Assembly: GCF_000737315.1 (NCBI RefSeq)
Contig: NZ_JMCB01000002.1
Span: forward strand, 1 to 64,000
DNA: 64,000 nucleotides
Direction of reading: 5' to 3'
Origin: Hyalangium minutum
GTDB lineage: Bacteria; Myxococcota; Myxococcia; Myxococcales; Myxococcaceae
Shown: one piece after another, positions 55,824-64,000 of the stretch
Position numbering within the stretch: position 1 is the first letter of the stretch
How the letters are laid out: each line of letters starts with the position of its first letter
Made by a program: the position numbers and the translations under genes
Notes under the pieces: generated by a model
Databases searched by the model: none
Seen by the model: the letters and a program-made list of their open reading frames with translations, nothing else
Told to the model about the DNA's origin: nothing

Positions 55824-56216
55824 TCAGGGAAACCAAAACGTGCTCTCCTCGAGCGGATCCACGAAGACGATTCGCCCCGCTCGCAGCGTCACGGGGAGTT
55901 GCCGCGCCGCAGAGGACTGGGTGCCTCGCAGCAGCCGATCATAGGCCAGCCAGAGCCCCACCACGCCATGCCGGCTGACCGCCTCTCGCGCGTAGGCTGA
56001 GCAGGTGGGCCAGTGCGAGCAACGCGGACCATCGATGGGCGTCACGACGGTTCGGTAGAAGAGATAGGCCACCTGGAGGAAGTCCCCGGCGGGCGGCTCG
56101 TGCCGCACGGGAGCGGCACGAACCACTTCACGAGTGACGGGGTGGCGGGCACTCCCGAACGGCGGCGGAGAGACCGTCAGGGTCCAGGTGGTGGCTGCGG
56201 CGAGGACGAAGCGCAT
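55824..56216 (-). CDS. YidD-like (haemolytic domain) protein
   Basis: YRTVVTPIDGPRCSHWPTCSAYAREAVSRHG...DRLLR. Confidence 0.8.
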   Translation of the reverse strand: MRFVLAAATTWTLTVSPPPFGSARHPVTREVVRAAPVRHEPPAGDFLQVAYLFYRTVVTPIDGPRCSHWPTCSAYAREAVSRHGVVGLWLAYDRLLRGTQSSAARQLPVTLRAGRIVFVDPLEESTFWFP

Positions 56217-56221
56217 GGAAC

Positions 56222-57910
56222 TCAGGGCGCAGCGTTATAGACCGCGTCTCCACCCACCACGGTCATCCGCACCTGGGCCGTGAGCAGGTCCGATGGCTGC
56301 GCGTCCACCGGATCCACCGAGAGCGCCACGAAGTCCGCATCCATCCCCGGCTTCAGCCGCCCACGCAGGTCCTCCGCGAAGGACGCATAGGCGTTGCCCA
56401 CCGTGAAGCCCTCGAGCGCCTCTTCGCCGCTGAGGCGCTGGTCCGGGAGCCAGCCGCCCGGAGGTTGGCCCGCCGCGTCCTGCCGCGTGCGCGCCGCATA
56501 CAGCCCCGCGAGCATGTCCGGACGCTCCACCGGGAAGTCGCTGCCCAGCGCCAGAGTCGCCCCCGCCGCCTTGAGCCGCTGCCACGCATAGGCCCCGCGA
56601 ATGCGCTCGGGCCCCACGCGCGTCTCCGCCCACGGCATGTCGCTGGTGGCGTGCGTGGGCTGCACGCTCGCAATGAACCCGTTTGCCCCCAGCTTCGTGA
56701 TGTCCTCCAGCCGCATCACCTGCGCGTGCTCCACGCGGTGGCGCCCCTTGCGAACGCCCTCGGGGCCCGCCACGCGCAGCAGCGTGTCGACGACGAGGGT
56801 GTTGGCCCGGTCCCCGATCGCGTGCGTGGCCACCTGGAAGCCCCGGCCGATGAACGCCCGCACCCGAGCTTCATACTCCTCGGGGCTGAGCAGAAGCAGG
56901 CCGCTCTGGCTGGGCTCATCGCTGTACGGCTTGTGGAGCGCCGCGCCCCGGCTGCCCAATGCCCCGTCCACCATCAGCTTCACCGCCCGCATCGTCAGCC
57001 GGTTGCCCTGGAACGGCCCCATCTCCAGGAACTTCTCCCAGTCGGGCCCCATCCCCGCTGCCATCGCGTAGACGCGCAGCGGGAGGCGGTTCTCGGCGTC
57101 CCAGCGCTTGAGCAGGTTGAAGGTCCGCAGGTCCATGCCCGCGTCATGCACGCCCGTCATTCCATGGCGCGCGCACACGGACAGCGCCGCCGTGAGCTGG
57201 GCCTCGAACTGCTCGTCCGTGGGTGGAGGCATGACGGCATCGATGAGGTTCATCGCGTTGTCCACGAGGATGCCGGTGGGCTCGCCATCCGGGCCTCGGA
57301 CGATGCGCCCGCCCTGCGGATCCTTCGTGTCCCGGGTGATGTGCGCGCGCCGCAGGGCCTCTCCGTTGACCCAGAGGGCATGGCCGTCGATGCGTGACAA
57401 GGCAATGGGCGTGGTGGGCCAGCCCGCATCCAGCTCCGTTCGCGTAGGGAACGTCTTCTCCGGCCAGTCGTTCTGGTCCCACCCTTGTCCGATGAGCCAG
57501 TCTCCCTGGTACGCGGCGCGGGTTGCGGCCTTCAGGCGATCGATGACCTGCTGCCGCGAGTCTGCCCCCACCAACGCCACGGCGGAGAGCGCACGGCCCA
57601 GCCCCTCCAGGTGTCCATGGGCGTCGGTGAGACCCGGCACCACCGTCGCCGCCCCGAGATCCACCACGCGCGCGTCATGGCCCGCCGCGGCGTGCACCTC
57701 TTCGCGGGAGCCCACCGCCAGCACCTTGCCATCTCGCACGGCGAGGGCCTCGGCCAGCGGGCGCGCCGGATCGAGCGTCCGGATCCGATGGGCGACGTAC
57801 ACGGTGGTGGTGGAAGAGGGAGGAGGCTGCACCTCCGGGCCGCGCCGGGGACAGCCGGCCACGCACACCAGGAGGAGCACTGCCGCGGAGGCATATCGAA
57901 CACGTTGCAT
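56222..57910 (-). CDS. Amidohydrolase family 3 (YtcJ-like), probable lipoprotein
   Basis: PGLTDAHGH, VATHAIGDRAN, RVEHAQ, GSDFPVE. Confidence 0.92.
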   Translation of the reverse strand: MQRVRYASAAVLLLVCVAGCPRRGPEVQPPPSSTTTVYVAHRIRTLDPARPLAEALAVRDGKVLAVGSREEVHAAAGHDARVVDLGAATVVPGLTDAHGHLEGLGRALSAVALVGADSRQQVIDRLKAATRAAYQGDWLIGQGWDQNDWPEKTFPTRTELDAGWPTTPIALSRIDGHALWVNGEALRRAHITRDTKDPQGGRIVRGPDGEPTGILVDNAMNLIDAVMPPPTDEQFEAQLTAALSVCARHGMTGVHDAGMDLRTFNLLKRWDAENRLPLRVYAMAAGMGPDWEKFLEMGPFQGNRLTMRAVKLMVDGALGSRGAALHKPYSDEPSQSGLLLLSPEEYEARVRAFIGRGFQVATHAIGDRANTLVVDTLLRVAGPEGVRKGRHRVEHAQVMRLEDITKLGANGFIASVQPTHATSDMPWAETRVGPERIRGAYAWQRLKAAGATLALGSDFPVERPDMLAGLYAARTRQDAAGQPPGGWLPDQRLSGEEALEGFTVGNAYASFAEDLRGRLKPGMDADFVALSVDPVDAQPSDLLTAQVRMTVVGGDAVYNAAP

Positions 57911-58005
57911 CGGGACACCTGCCAGGGGGCCGCCCCGGACGCCGGGGCGAGGGCGCGGCACTCTGGCGCACCCGCGCGTGGCTGGCTACGGCGTTGGTGC
58001 CCCTG

Positions 58006-58779
58006 TCACGGGTGGTCCGGGTGGAGCCGGTGCCGCCACGTGGTGCGCTGCGCGGTGAAGGCGCGATTCTCGAACAGCTTGATGAGCGCTGCCCCCGCCA
58101 CGAAGCCACCGATGTGCGCCCACACCGCGACACCGCCCGAGGCATCCGAACGGATGGACGAGAGCTGCGGCAGGCCGGTGATGAGCTGGAGGACGAACCA
58201 GTAGATGAGCACCACCCAGGCGGGCACGGGGATGATGCGGATGAAGATGATGATGAAGATGAGCAGGTTCACCCGCACGCGCGGGTAGAGCACCAGGTAC
58301 GCCCCCAGAATGCCCGAGATGGCCCCCGAGGCCCCCACCGTGGGCACCGGCGACGCCGGTTCAATCATCACGTGCGCGCCCGCCGCGATGAGCCCACACA
58401 AGAGGTAGAAGACGAGGAAGCGAAACCGCCCCATGCTGTCCTCGATGTTGTTGCCGAAGACCCAGAAGAACAGGCAGTTGCCGAGGAGGTGGCCCCAGCC
58501 TCCGTGGAGGAACATGGAGGTGATCGGGGTGAAGAGGTTGATGGGCTCGTTGTCGATGACACAGGCGGCGGTGCGGCTCATCGGCACCGCGAGCCCCAGT
58601 GGTGCCCGGCCCGTCAGCTCGCCGGGCACCATGCCCCAGTTGCACACGCTCACGGCCAGCGCTTCGCTGTGCAGCCCCGCTCCCTGGAAGAAGAGCCACA
58701 CGAAGACGATGATCCCCAGCAGCAGGTACGTCATCACCGGGGTGCGCAGGGTTGGGTTGTCGTCACTGATAGGAAACAT
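58006..58779 (-). CDS. Rhomboid family intramembrane serine protease
   Basis: FLHGGWGHLLGN, GASGAISG, AHIGGF. Confidence 0.94.
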   Translation of the reverse strand: MFPISDDNPTLRTPVMTYLLLGIIVFVWLFFQGAGLHSEALAVSVCNWGMVPGELTGRAPLGLAVPMSRTAACVIDNEPINLFTPITSMFLHGGWGHLLGNCLFFWVFGNNIEDSMGRFRFLVFYLLCGLIAAGAHVMIEPASPVPTVGASGAISGILGAYLVLYPRVRVNLLIFIIIFIRIIPVPAWVVLIYWFVLQLITGLPQLSSIRSDASGGVAVWAHIGGFVAGAALIKLFENRAFTAQRTTWRHRLHPDHP

Positions 58780-58906
58780 AGCGGGGCCCCATCATGGGCA
58801 CGGGGGCCCCCCGGCGTCAGGCATTCGCACCTTCCCTGTAAAGCGCATGACGTCCGGGCTCTCCGGCCGTTCCGAGCCGTCCCAGGCCGGTTAACTTCTT
58901 GGGACC

Positions 58907-59812
58907 ATGGTTCCACTCGCGACCCTGTCCCTGTCCCTGCCGTCCCTGCGCATGAAGGCGCTCGAGGCGGGCCCTGCCCATGGGCCGCTCGTCCTGCTCC
59001 TGCACGGCTTCCCAGAGCTGTCCGAGAGTTGGCGCGAGGTGCTCCCGGTGCTCGGGGCCGCGGGCTTCCACGCCGTGGCCCCGGACCTGCGCGGCTATGG
59101 CGGCACGGATCGGCCCAAGCATGGATATGACTTGGACACGCTCGCTGCGGACATCTACCAGCTCGCCCGGCACCTGCAGCCCGGCCGGCCCGTGCATGTG
59201 GTGGGGCATGACTGGGGCGGTGCCATCGCCTACCACCTCGCCGCCCGGCACCCGGAGGTGGTGGACCGGCTCGTCGTCATCAACTGTCCCCACCCGGTGG
59301 TGATGGCCCGGCGCATCTGGAACCCAGCCCAGCTCGCGCGCTCCTGGTACATGTTCTTCTTCCAACTGCCCTGGCTGCCCGAGAAGAAGCTCTCCCAGAA
59401 CCATGGCGCCGCCGTGCCGCGCTCCATCCGCCGGGCCCTGGTGGACAGTTCACGCGTTCCGCCCGAGCGCCTGCAGCCCTACGCGGACAACTTCGCCAGT
59501 CCCGAGGCCGCCCGCGCGGCGCTCGCTTACTACCGCACGGCCATTCGCAGTCTGCTGACGCCCTGGGGCCTGCGCCGCATGCGGGAGGGTTACCCGCGCA
59601 TCCGCGCGCCCTTCCTGCTCATCTGGGGCGAGGAGGACGTGGCCCTCGGCCGCGAGCTCACCTACGATTTGGAGCCCTGGTTCGAGCACCCGCCGCAGGT
59701 GCGCTATCTGCCGAACGTGGGGCACTTCGTCCCATTGGAGGCCCCGGAGCAGGTGGCCTCGCTGCTGACGGAGTTCCTCGGAGTCGAGGCGCCCCGGGCG
59801 CAGGCCCATTGA
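58907..59812 (+). CDS. Alpha/beta hydrolase (epoxide hydrolase-like)
   Basis: LLHGFPE, GHDWGG, VGHFV. Confidence 0.93.
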   Translation: MVPLATLSLSLPSLRMKALEAGPAHGPLVLLLHGFPELSESWREVLPVLGAAGFHAVAPDLRGYGGTDRPKHGYDLDTLAADIYQLARHLQPGRPVHVVGHDWGGAIAYHLAARHPEVVDRLVVINCPHPVVMARRIWNPAQLARSWYMFFFQLPWLPEKKLSQNHGAAVPRSIRRALVDSSRVPPERLQPYADNFASPEAARAALAYYRTAIRSLLTPWGLRRMREGYPRIRAPFLLIWGEEDVALGRELTYDLEPWFEHPPQVRYLPNVGHFVPLEAPEQVASLLTEFLGVEAPRAQAH

Positions 59813-59891
59813 CAATCCATACATCGTGCCTCTTGGCTCGGACGGGGGCCCGTGCTTTGAACGAGGCTCCTCTCACCGCTGGAGCCGAACC

Positions 59892-60404
59892 ATGACGCTG
59901 TCGAAGTCCCCGCTGGGTTCCACCGCGCTGTTGCTGGTGGCCGCTCTCGCCCTCTCCACTGGCTGTGCCGCCAATCGCCGGGAGACCTATCTCCAGGAGA
60001 AGGCTGGTACCCACGTCTACCGCCAGCCCCTCGCCGAGGTGTGGCCCAAGGCCAAGGAGCTCCTCACCGAGGAGGGCTATTCTGTCATGGAGGCCAAGGG
60101 CGGCTTCGAGATGCAGACGGACTGGACGATGCAGGGCGCTCCCTCCTCGCTGGGCACCGCCTACGCGCGCTACCTCGTGCGCGGCATCGAGAAGGGCCCG
60201 GGCCAGTCCACGGTGGAGTTCCTCAGGCAGAACCGCGTCGAGTCCCAGGGCGCCCACGACACCAACACGGGCGCTGCCTCGGCCGCTGCGGCGGACTCCA
60301 GCTCGCTCACCCGCGACTATGCGCTGGAGTGGAAGCTGCTCCAGAAGGTGGATCCGGAGACCGCCAAGGCCTGGGAGGCCGAGGCCGCTCAGAAGGTGCA
60401 GTAG
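59892..60404 (+). CDS. Hypothetical lipoprotein
   Basis: LSTGC lipobox; GGAG upstream. Confidence 0.78.
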   Translation: MTLSKSPLGSTALLLVAALALSTGCAANRRETYLQEKAGTHVYRQPLAEVWPKAKELLTEEGYSVMEAKGGFEMQTDWTMQGAPSSLGTAYARYLVRGIEKGPGQSTVEFLRQNRVESQGAHDTNTGAASAAAADSSSLTRDYALEWKLLQKVDPETAKAWEAEAAQKVQ

Positions 60405-60410
60405 CCCCGC

Positions 60411-61334
60411 TCAGTCCCGCAGAGGGACTTCCACGGTGAGCCCGTCGTGGGCCACCTCCACCGGCCCCTTGAACTCCTCGCGCGCCTGCACGAGCAGCTT
60501 CGAGGGGTCGGTGTCGTGCCGGCTGGACAGGTGCGTGAGGATGAGGCGCCGCACACCTGCCTCGTGCGCCACCCGCGCCGCCTCGCGCGCCGTGGAGTGC
60601 CGCGTCTCCAGCGCCCGCTCCTGCTCGTCATCGCTGAAGGTGGACTCGTGGATGAGCAGGTCCGCGTCCTTCGCCGCTCGCGTCAGCGAGGCGCACGGCC
60701 GCGTGTCGCCGGAGATGACCAGCCGCCTCCCGCTGCGCGGTGCTCCCAGCACGTCCTCGGGCCGCACCGTGGTGCCGTCCGGCAGCGTCACGCTCTCGCC
60801 CTTCTGCAGCCGGCCGAAGTCCGGGCCCGGCGGCACCCCGAGCGCCTTCGCCTTCTCCAGATGGAAGCGCCCGGGCCGGTCATCCTCCGCCAGCACGTAC
60901 CCCAGCGCGTTGATGCGGTGGTCCACGCCCACCGCGTGCACCGTGTAGCCCTCGCGGCGCACGCTGTCCCCGTCCTTCAGCTCGTGAATCTCCACCGGGA
61001 AGGCCAGCTGCTCCACGCCCAGGTGCACCGCCTGGTGCAGCACGCGCTTGGCGGTGGGCGGGCCGTACAGGCGCACGGGCTGGGCGCGCCCCATCATCCC
61101 CAGCGTCCGCAGGAAGCCGATGATTCCCAGGTAGTGGTCCGCGTGGAAGTGCGTGAAGAAGACGGCGTCCACGGTGAAGCCAGTGCCGTAGCGCACCATC
61201 TGCCGCTGGCTGCCCTCGCCACAATCGAAGAGCAGCAGGTCCGCATCCGCCTTCACCGCCAGCCCGGAGAGGTTCCGGTGCAGCGTGGGCTGCGCGGCGG
61301 AGGTGCCAAGGAAGGTGAGCCTCAGAAGAGTCAT
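60411..61334 (-). CDS. rnz: Ribonuclease Z
   Basis: FLGTSAAQP, FDCGEG, THFHADH, ISGDTRP, HEST, LTHLSSR. Confidence 0.94.
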   Translation of the reverse strand: MTLLRLTFLGTSAAQPTLHRNLSGLAVKADADLLLFDCGEGSQRQMVRYGTGFTVDAVFFTHFHADHYLGIIGFLRTLGMMGRAQPVRLYGPPTAKRVLHQAVHLGVEQLAFPVEIHELKDGDSVRREGYTVHAVGVDHRINALGYVLAEDDRPGRFHLEKAKALGVPPGPDFGRLQKGESVTLPDGTTVRPEDVLGAPRSGRRLVISGDTRPCASLTRAAKDADLLIHESTFSDDEQERALETRHSTAREAARVAHEAGVRRLILTHLSSRHDTDPSKLLVQAREEFKGPVEVAHDGLTVEVPLRD

Positions 61335-61473
61335 GCCGGCGCTTCCCACGAAAGAGAGGTCCTCCCGCGTCAACGGCCCTTCCTCCAGGGAGCGGAGGGG
61401 ACGCGAGGCCGCACGCGTGCGGGCCATTTAGCAGGCTTGGCCGGGCCCGTGGTATGGACCGCGCCCCTGTCCC

Positions 61474-62163
61474 ATGCCTGATTCTCTCACGGTTGCCCCT
61501 ACCTCGGACCCGCGCCGCGTGCGCGCCCCTGACGGAACCCTCCTCTCCCCGCCCTCCGGCTGGGCCTTGCTGCCTCCCGGAGACGCCGGGCTCACGCGGC
61601 GGGTGAAGGCCGCCGGCCCGAGCTGGACGGTGGTGGAGAAGAAGGGCCGCAAGACGTTCTCCCAGGGCATCTGGGCCCCCGAGGCCCACATCTCCGCCGC
61701 CCGCGCCGCGCTCGAGGCCGAGCGTGCCACCCCCGCCTACGCCAAGCGCCGCGCCTCGGATGCCGCCCGCCGCGAGCGCGAGCAGGCCGAGTACGAGGTG
61801 GACTTCGCCAACTCCGTGCTGCGCTTCCTCGCCTTCGCGCCCACTTTCACCGCGCACGCCAAGCGGCTGGCCGTCCTGGTGTCGGTCCACGCCACCCCCG
61901 TGGGCAGTGGCACCGTGGCGCGCACCGAGCGCATCCCCATCGAGCGCCGCGCCGAGGCCGCCGTCATCGCCTGGCTGCGCCACCAGACCACCCGCTATGA
62001 CGACATGAGCATCGCCCGGGTGAAGGGCGCCCGCCGCGAGGTGCGCCGCGAGCTGGCCGAGGTGTCTCGTGCCCTGCTCGACGTGCACCGCCGGGATGCG
62101 CCTCACCCCGCCGCGAGCTGCCCCCTGTGCACCGCCATCGAGAACCCTCGCAAGCCGGAGTAG
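61474..62163 (+). CDS. DUF2293-like domain protein
   Basis: WALLPPGDAGLTRRVK...AVIAWLRHQTTRYD. Confidence 0.75.
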   Translation: MPDSLTVAPTSDPRRVRAPDGTLLSPPSGWALLPPGDAGLTRRVKAAGPSWTVVEKKGRKTFSQGIWAPEAHISAARAALEAERATPAYAKRRASDAARREREQAEYEVDFANSVLRFLAFAPTFTAHAKRLAVLVSVHATPVGSGTVARTERIPIERRAEAAVIAWLRHQTTRYDDMSIARVKGARREVRRELAEVSRALLDVHRRDAPHPAASCPLCTAIENPRKPE

Positions 62164-62353
62164 CAGCTTCAGCGGAAAGGTGTGTCTGACTGGAAACGGG
62201 TTCCTCCGTTGCGGGCGGGCGTGCGTCCAGGGGCCCGCGTGGCCGAGTGCCCTGGCCCGTGGCGAAGGGCGGTGAGATCCGGGACCCCCCACCTTGGCGA
62301 TGCCCTACCTACCAGGGTACGAAGGGGCCGCACTCGCACGCTTTGAGGAAACC

Positions 62354-63463
62354 ATGACGCCCTTCAGGACTCCGTCCGTTGCCCGCGTTCTTGCCGCTGC
62401 CGTGGCCCTGGGCTCGGCCCTCTCGCTGTCCGCATGTGGCAAGGCGGAGGCCGCGGAGCAGGCACCCGCCACGGGCGCCGCGGCGGCTGTCCCGGTGGTG
62501 AAGCTCACCGAGTCCCGCACCGCGCAGGCCACTCCGAGCGAGGAGGTGACGGGCACCCTCTATCCCTCCCAGGCGCTGCAGGTGGGCTTCGAGGTGGGCG
62601 GCCGGCTGGAGACGGTGCTGGTGAAGAAGGGGCAGGCGGTGAAGAAGGGCCAGGTGCTGGCCACGCTCAATGGGGAGATCGCCGACGCCCAGGTGGCGCA
62701 GGCCGAGGCCGCCGTGGCCGCCGCCGAGGCCGGTGCCGCCATCGCCGAGGACGTGGCCACCCGCACCTCGAAGCTTCAGGAGGCGGGCGGCGTGAGCGAG
62801 CTGCAGAACCGCACCTCCACCACCACCGCGCAGCAGGCCAAGGCGCAGGTGCTGGCCGCCAAGGCGCAGCTGTCGCAGGCCCGCGCGGCCCGCCGCCGCC
62901 ACGAGCTCAAGGCTCCCTTCGCCGGTACCCTCATCGACGCGCCCGAGCAGGTGGGCGCCACGGTGGCCCCGGGCGTGCCGCTGTTCACCCTGGAGTCGCT
63001 GGAGACGCTGGTGCTCAAGACGACGGTGGCCCAGCCGGTGCGCGGCGTGCTCAAGCCGGGCAGCAAGGTCCGCGTGGAGGCCGTGGGCGCGGGCACCTCC
63101 ACGGATGCCGCCGCGGTGAGCCTCATCCTCCCCTCCGCGGATCCGGCCACCCGCCGCATCCCCGTGGAGATCACCGTGCCCAACGCGGACGGCCGCTTCG
63201 TGGCCCACACGCTGGCCAAGGCCGTGCTCACCGTGGGCGAGCTGCAGGACGTGCACGTGCTCCCTGTCTCCGCGGTCTCCGCGGCCAACGGGGGGGATCA
63301 TGTCTACGTGGTGTCCTCCGCGGGCGAGGTGCGCCGCGTGGACGTGCAGATCATCGAGCGCCGGGCCCGCGAGGTGGTGGTGAAGGCCGCCTCGCCGCTG
63401 TCCAAGGTGATCGACTACCCCACCGCGGGCCTCCAGGACGGGGCCCGTGTCTCCGTGAAGTAG
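62354..63463 (+). CDS. RND efflux membrane fusion (periplasmic adaptor) lipoprotein
   Basis: LSAC lipobox; GRLETVLVKKGQAVKKGQVLATL; LKAPFAG. Confidence 0.93.
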   Translation: MTPFRTPSVARVLAAAVALGSALSLSACGKAEAAEQAPATGAAAAVPVVKLTESRTAQATPSEEVTGTLYPSQALQVGFEVGGRLETVLVKKGQAVKKGQVLATLNGEIADAQVAQAEAAVAAAEAGAAIAEDVATRTSKLQEAGGVSELQNRTSTTTAQQAKAQVLAAKAQLSQARAARRRHELKAPFAGTLIDAPEQVGATVAPGVPLFTLESLETLVLKTTVAQPVRGVLKPGSKVRVEAVGAGTSTDAAAVSLILPSADPATRRIPVEITVPNADGRFVAHTLAKAVLTVGELQDVHVLPVSAVSAANGGDHVYVVSSAGEVRRVDVQIIERRAREVVVKAASPLSKVIDYPTAGLQDGARVSVK

Positions 63464-63505
63464 GCCGCTGCTCTTCCGTTCCCTCGCAGCCTTCGCGAGC
63501 CTCCC

Positions 63506-64000
63506 ATGCTCCTGAGTGATGTCTCCATCCGCCGGCCCGTCTTCACGGGCATGATGTGCCTGTGCCTCACTGTCCTAGGGTTGATGGGGTTCAACCGCCT
63601 GGGGACGGATCTCTACCCGGAGATGGCGTTCCCCTTCGTGGTGGTCAACACCGTCTACCCAGGCGCGGGGCCAGGCGAAATCGAGACTCAGGTCATCAAG
63701 CCCATCGAGGACGCGGTGGCCGGCATCAGCGGCGTGGAGACCATCCACTCCTGGAGCCGCGAGAACTTGGGCACGGTGGCGGTGCAGTTCTCGCTGAACG
63801 TGGAGCTGGACGCCTCGGTGCAGGAGGTGCGCGACAAAGTGGCCAACGTGGCCAACGAGCTACCCCTGGACGCGGAGGCGCCCGTGGTCAGCGCCGTGGA
63901 CATCGGGGCCATCCCGATCCTCACGTACACCGTGTCCGCCGAGCTGCCCTCCCAGGAGCTGCGCAAGCTCGTCGAAGATCGCATCAAGCCGGCGCTGGCT
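63506..64000 (+). CDS. RND efflux permease (AcrB family), 5' part
   Basis: MLLSDVSIRRPVF...GTDLYPEMAFPFVVVNTVYPGAGPGEIETQV..PIEDAV; runs off the window. Confidence 0.93.
   Translation, partial: MLLSDVSIRRPVFTGMMCLCLTVLGLMGFNRLGTDLYPEMAFPFVVVNTVYPGAGPGEIETQVIKPIEDAVAGISGVETIHSWSRENLGTVAVQFSLNVELDASVQEVRDKVANVANELPLDAEAPVVSAVDIGAIPILTYTVSAELPSQELRKLVEDRIKPALA

Noticed and set aside
56222-64000. Amidohydrolase, rhomboid, hydrolase, RNase Z, RND region
   Set aside because: Common families with standard motifs; no unusual structure seen.

Overview
High-GC (roughly 70%) myxobacterial chromosomal DNA, judged from the pomY-pomZ-pomX division-site locus and several families typical of Myxococcales. 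It encodes about 60 proteins; I saw no rRNA, tRNA, CRISPR array or intact transposase. Recognisable content: the end of a WD40-repeat protein, a membrane Ser/Thr kinase, TetR/AraC/XRE/MarR regulators, pomYZX, a MazF/PemK toxin pair, PhoD, a CHASE2 adenylate cyclase operon, two ferritin-like genes, TspO, an ECF sigma/anti-sigma pair, PAS kinases, MoxR/VWA, a subtilase, an amidase, Ohr, a GspE-like ATPase, RNase Z and the start of an RND pump. Best candidate for an undescribed system: a tightly coupled three-gene operon at 34755-40349 encoding a Vsr/DUF559-type nuclease, a winged-helix-like protein and a 1075-aa protein with two different P-loop NTPase domains. Other highlights: near-identical WD40 repeats shuffled only at predicted ligand-contact residues; a low-GC insert carrying a SLATT-like membrane effector, a decayed toxin tail and an orphan immunity-like gene; and a MarR fused to a paralogue of the gene it faces, with a clear operator. 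All family assignments come from motif reading and recall, not from database searches.
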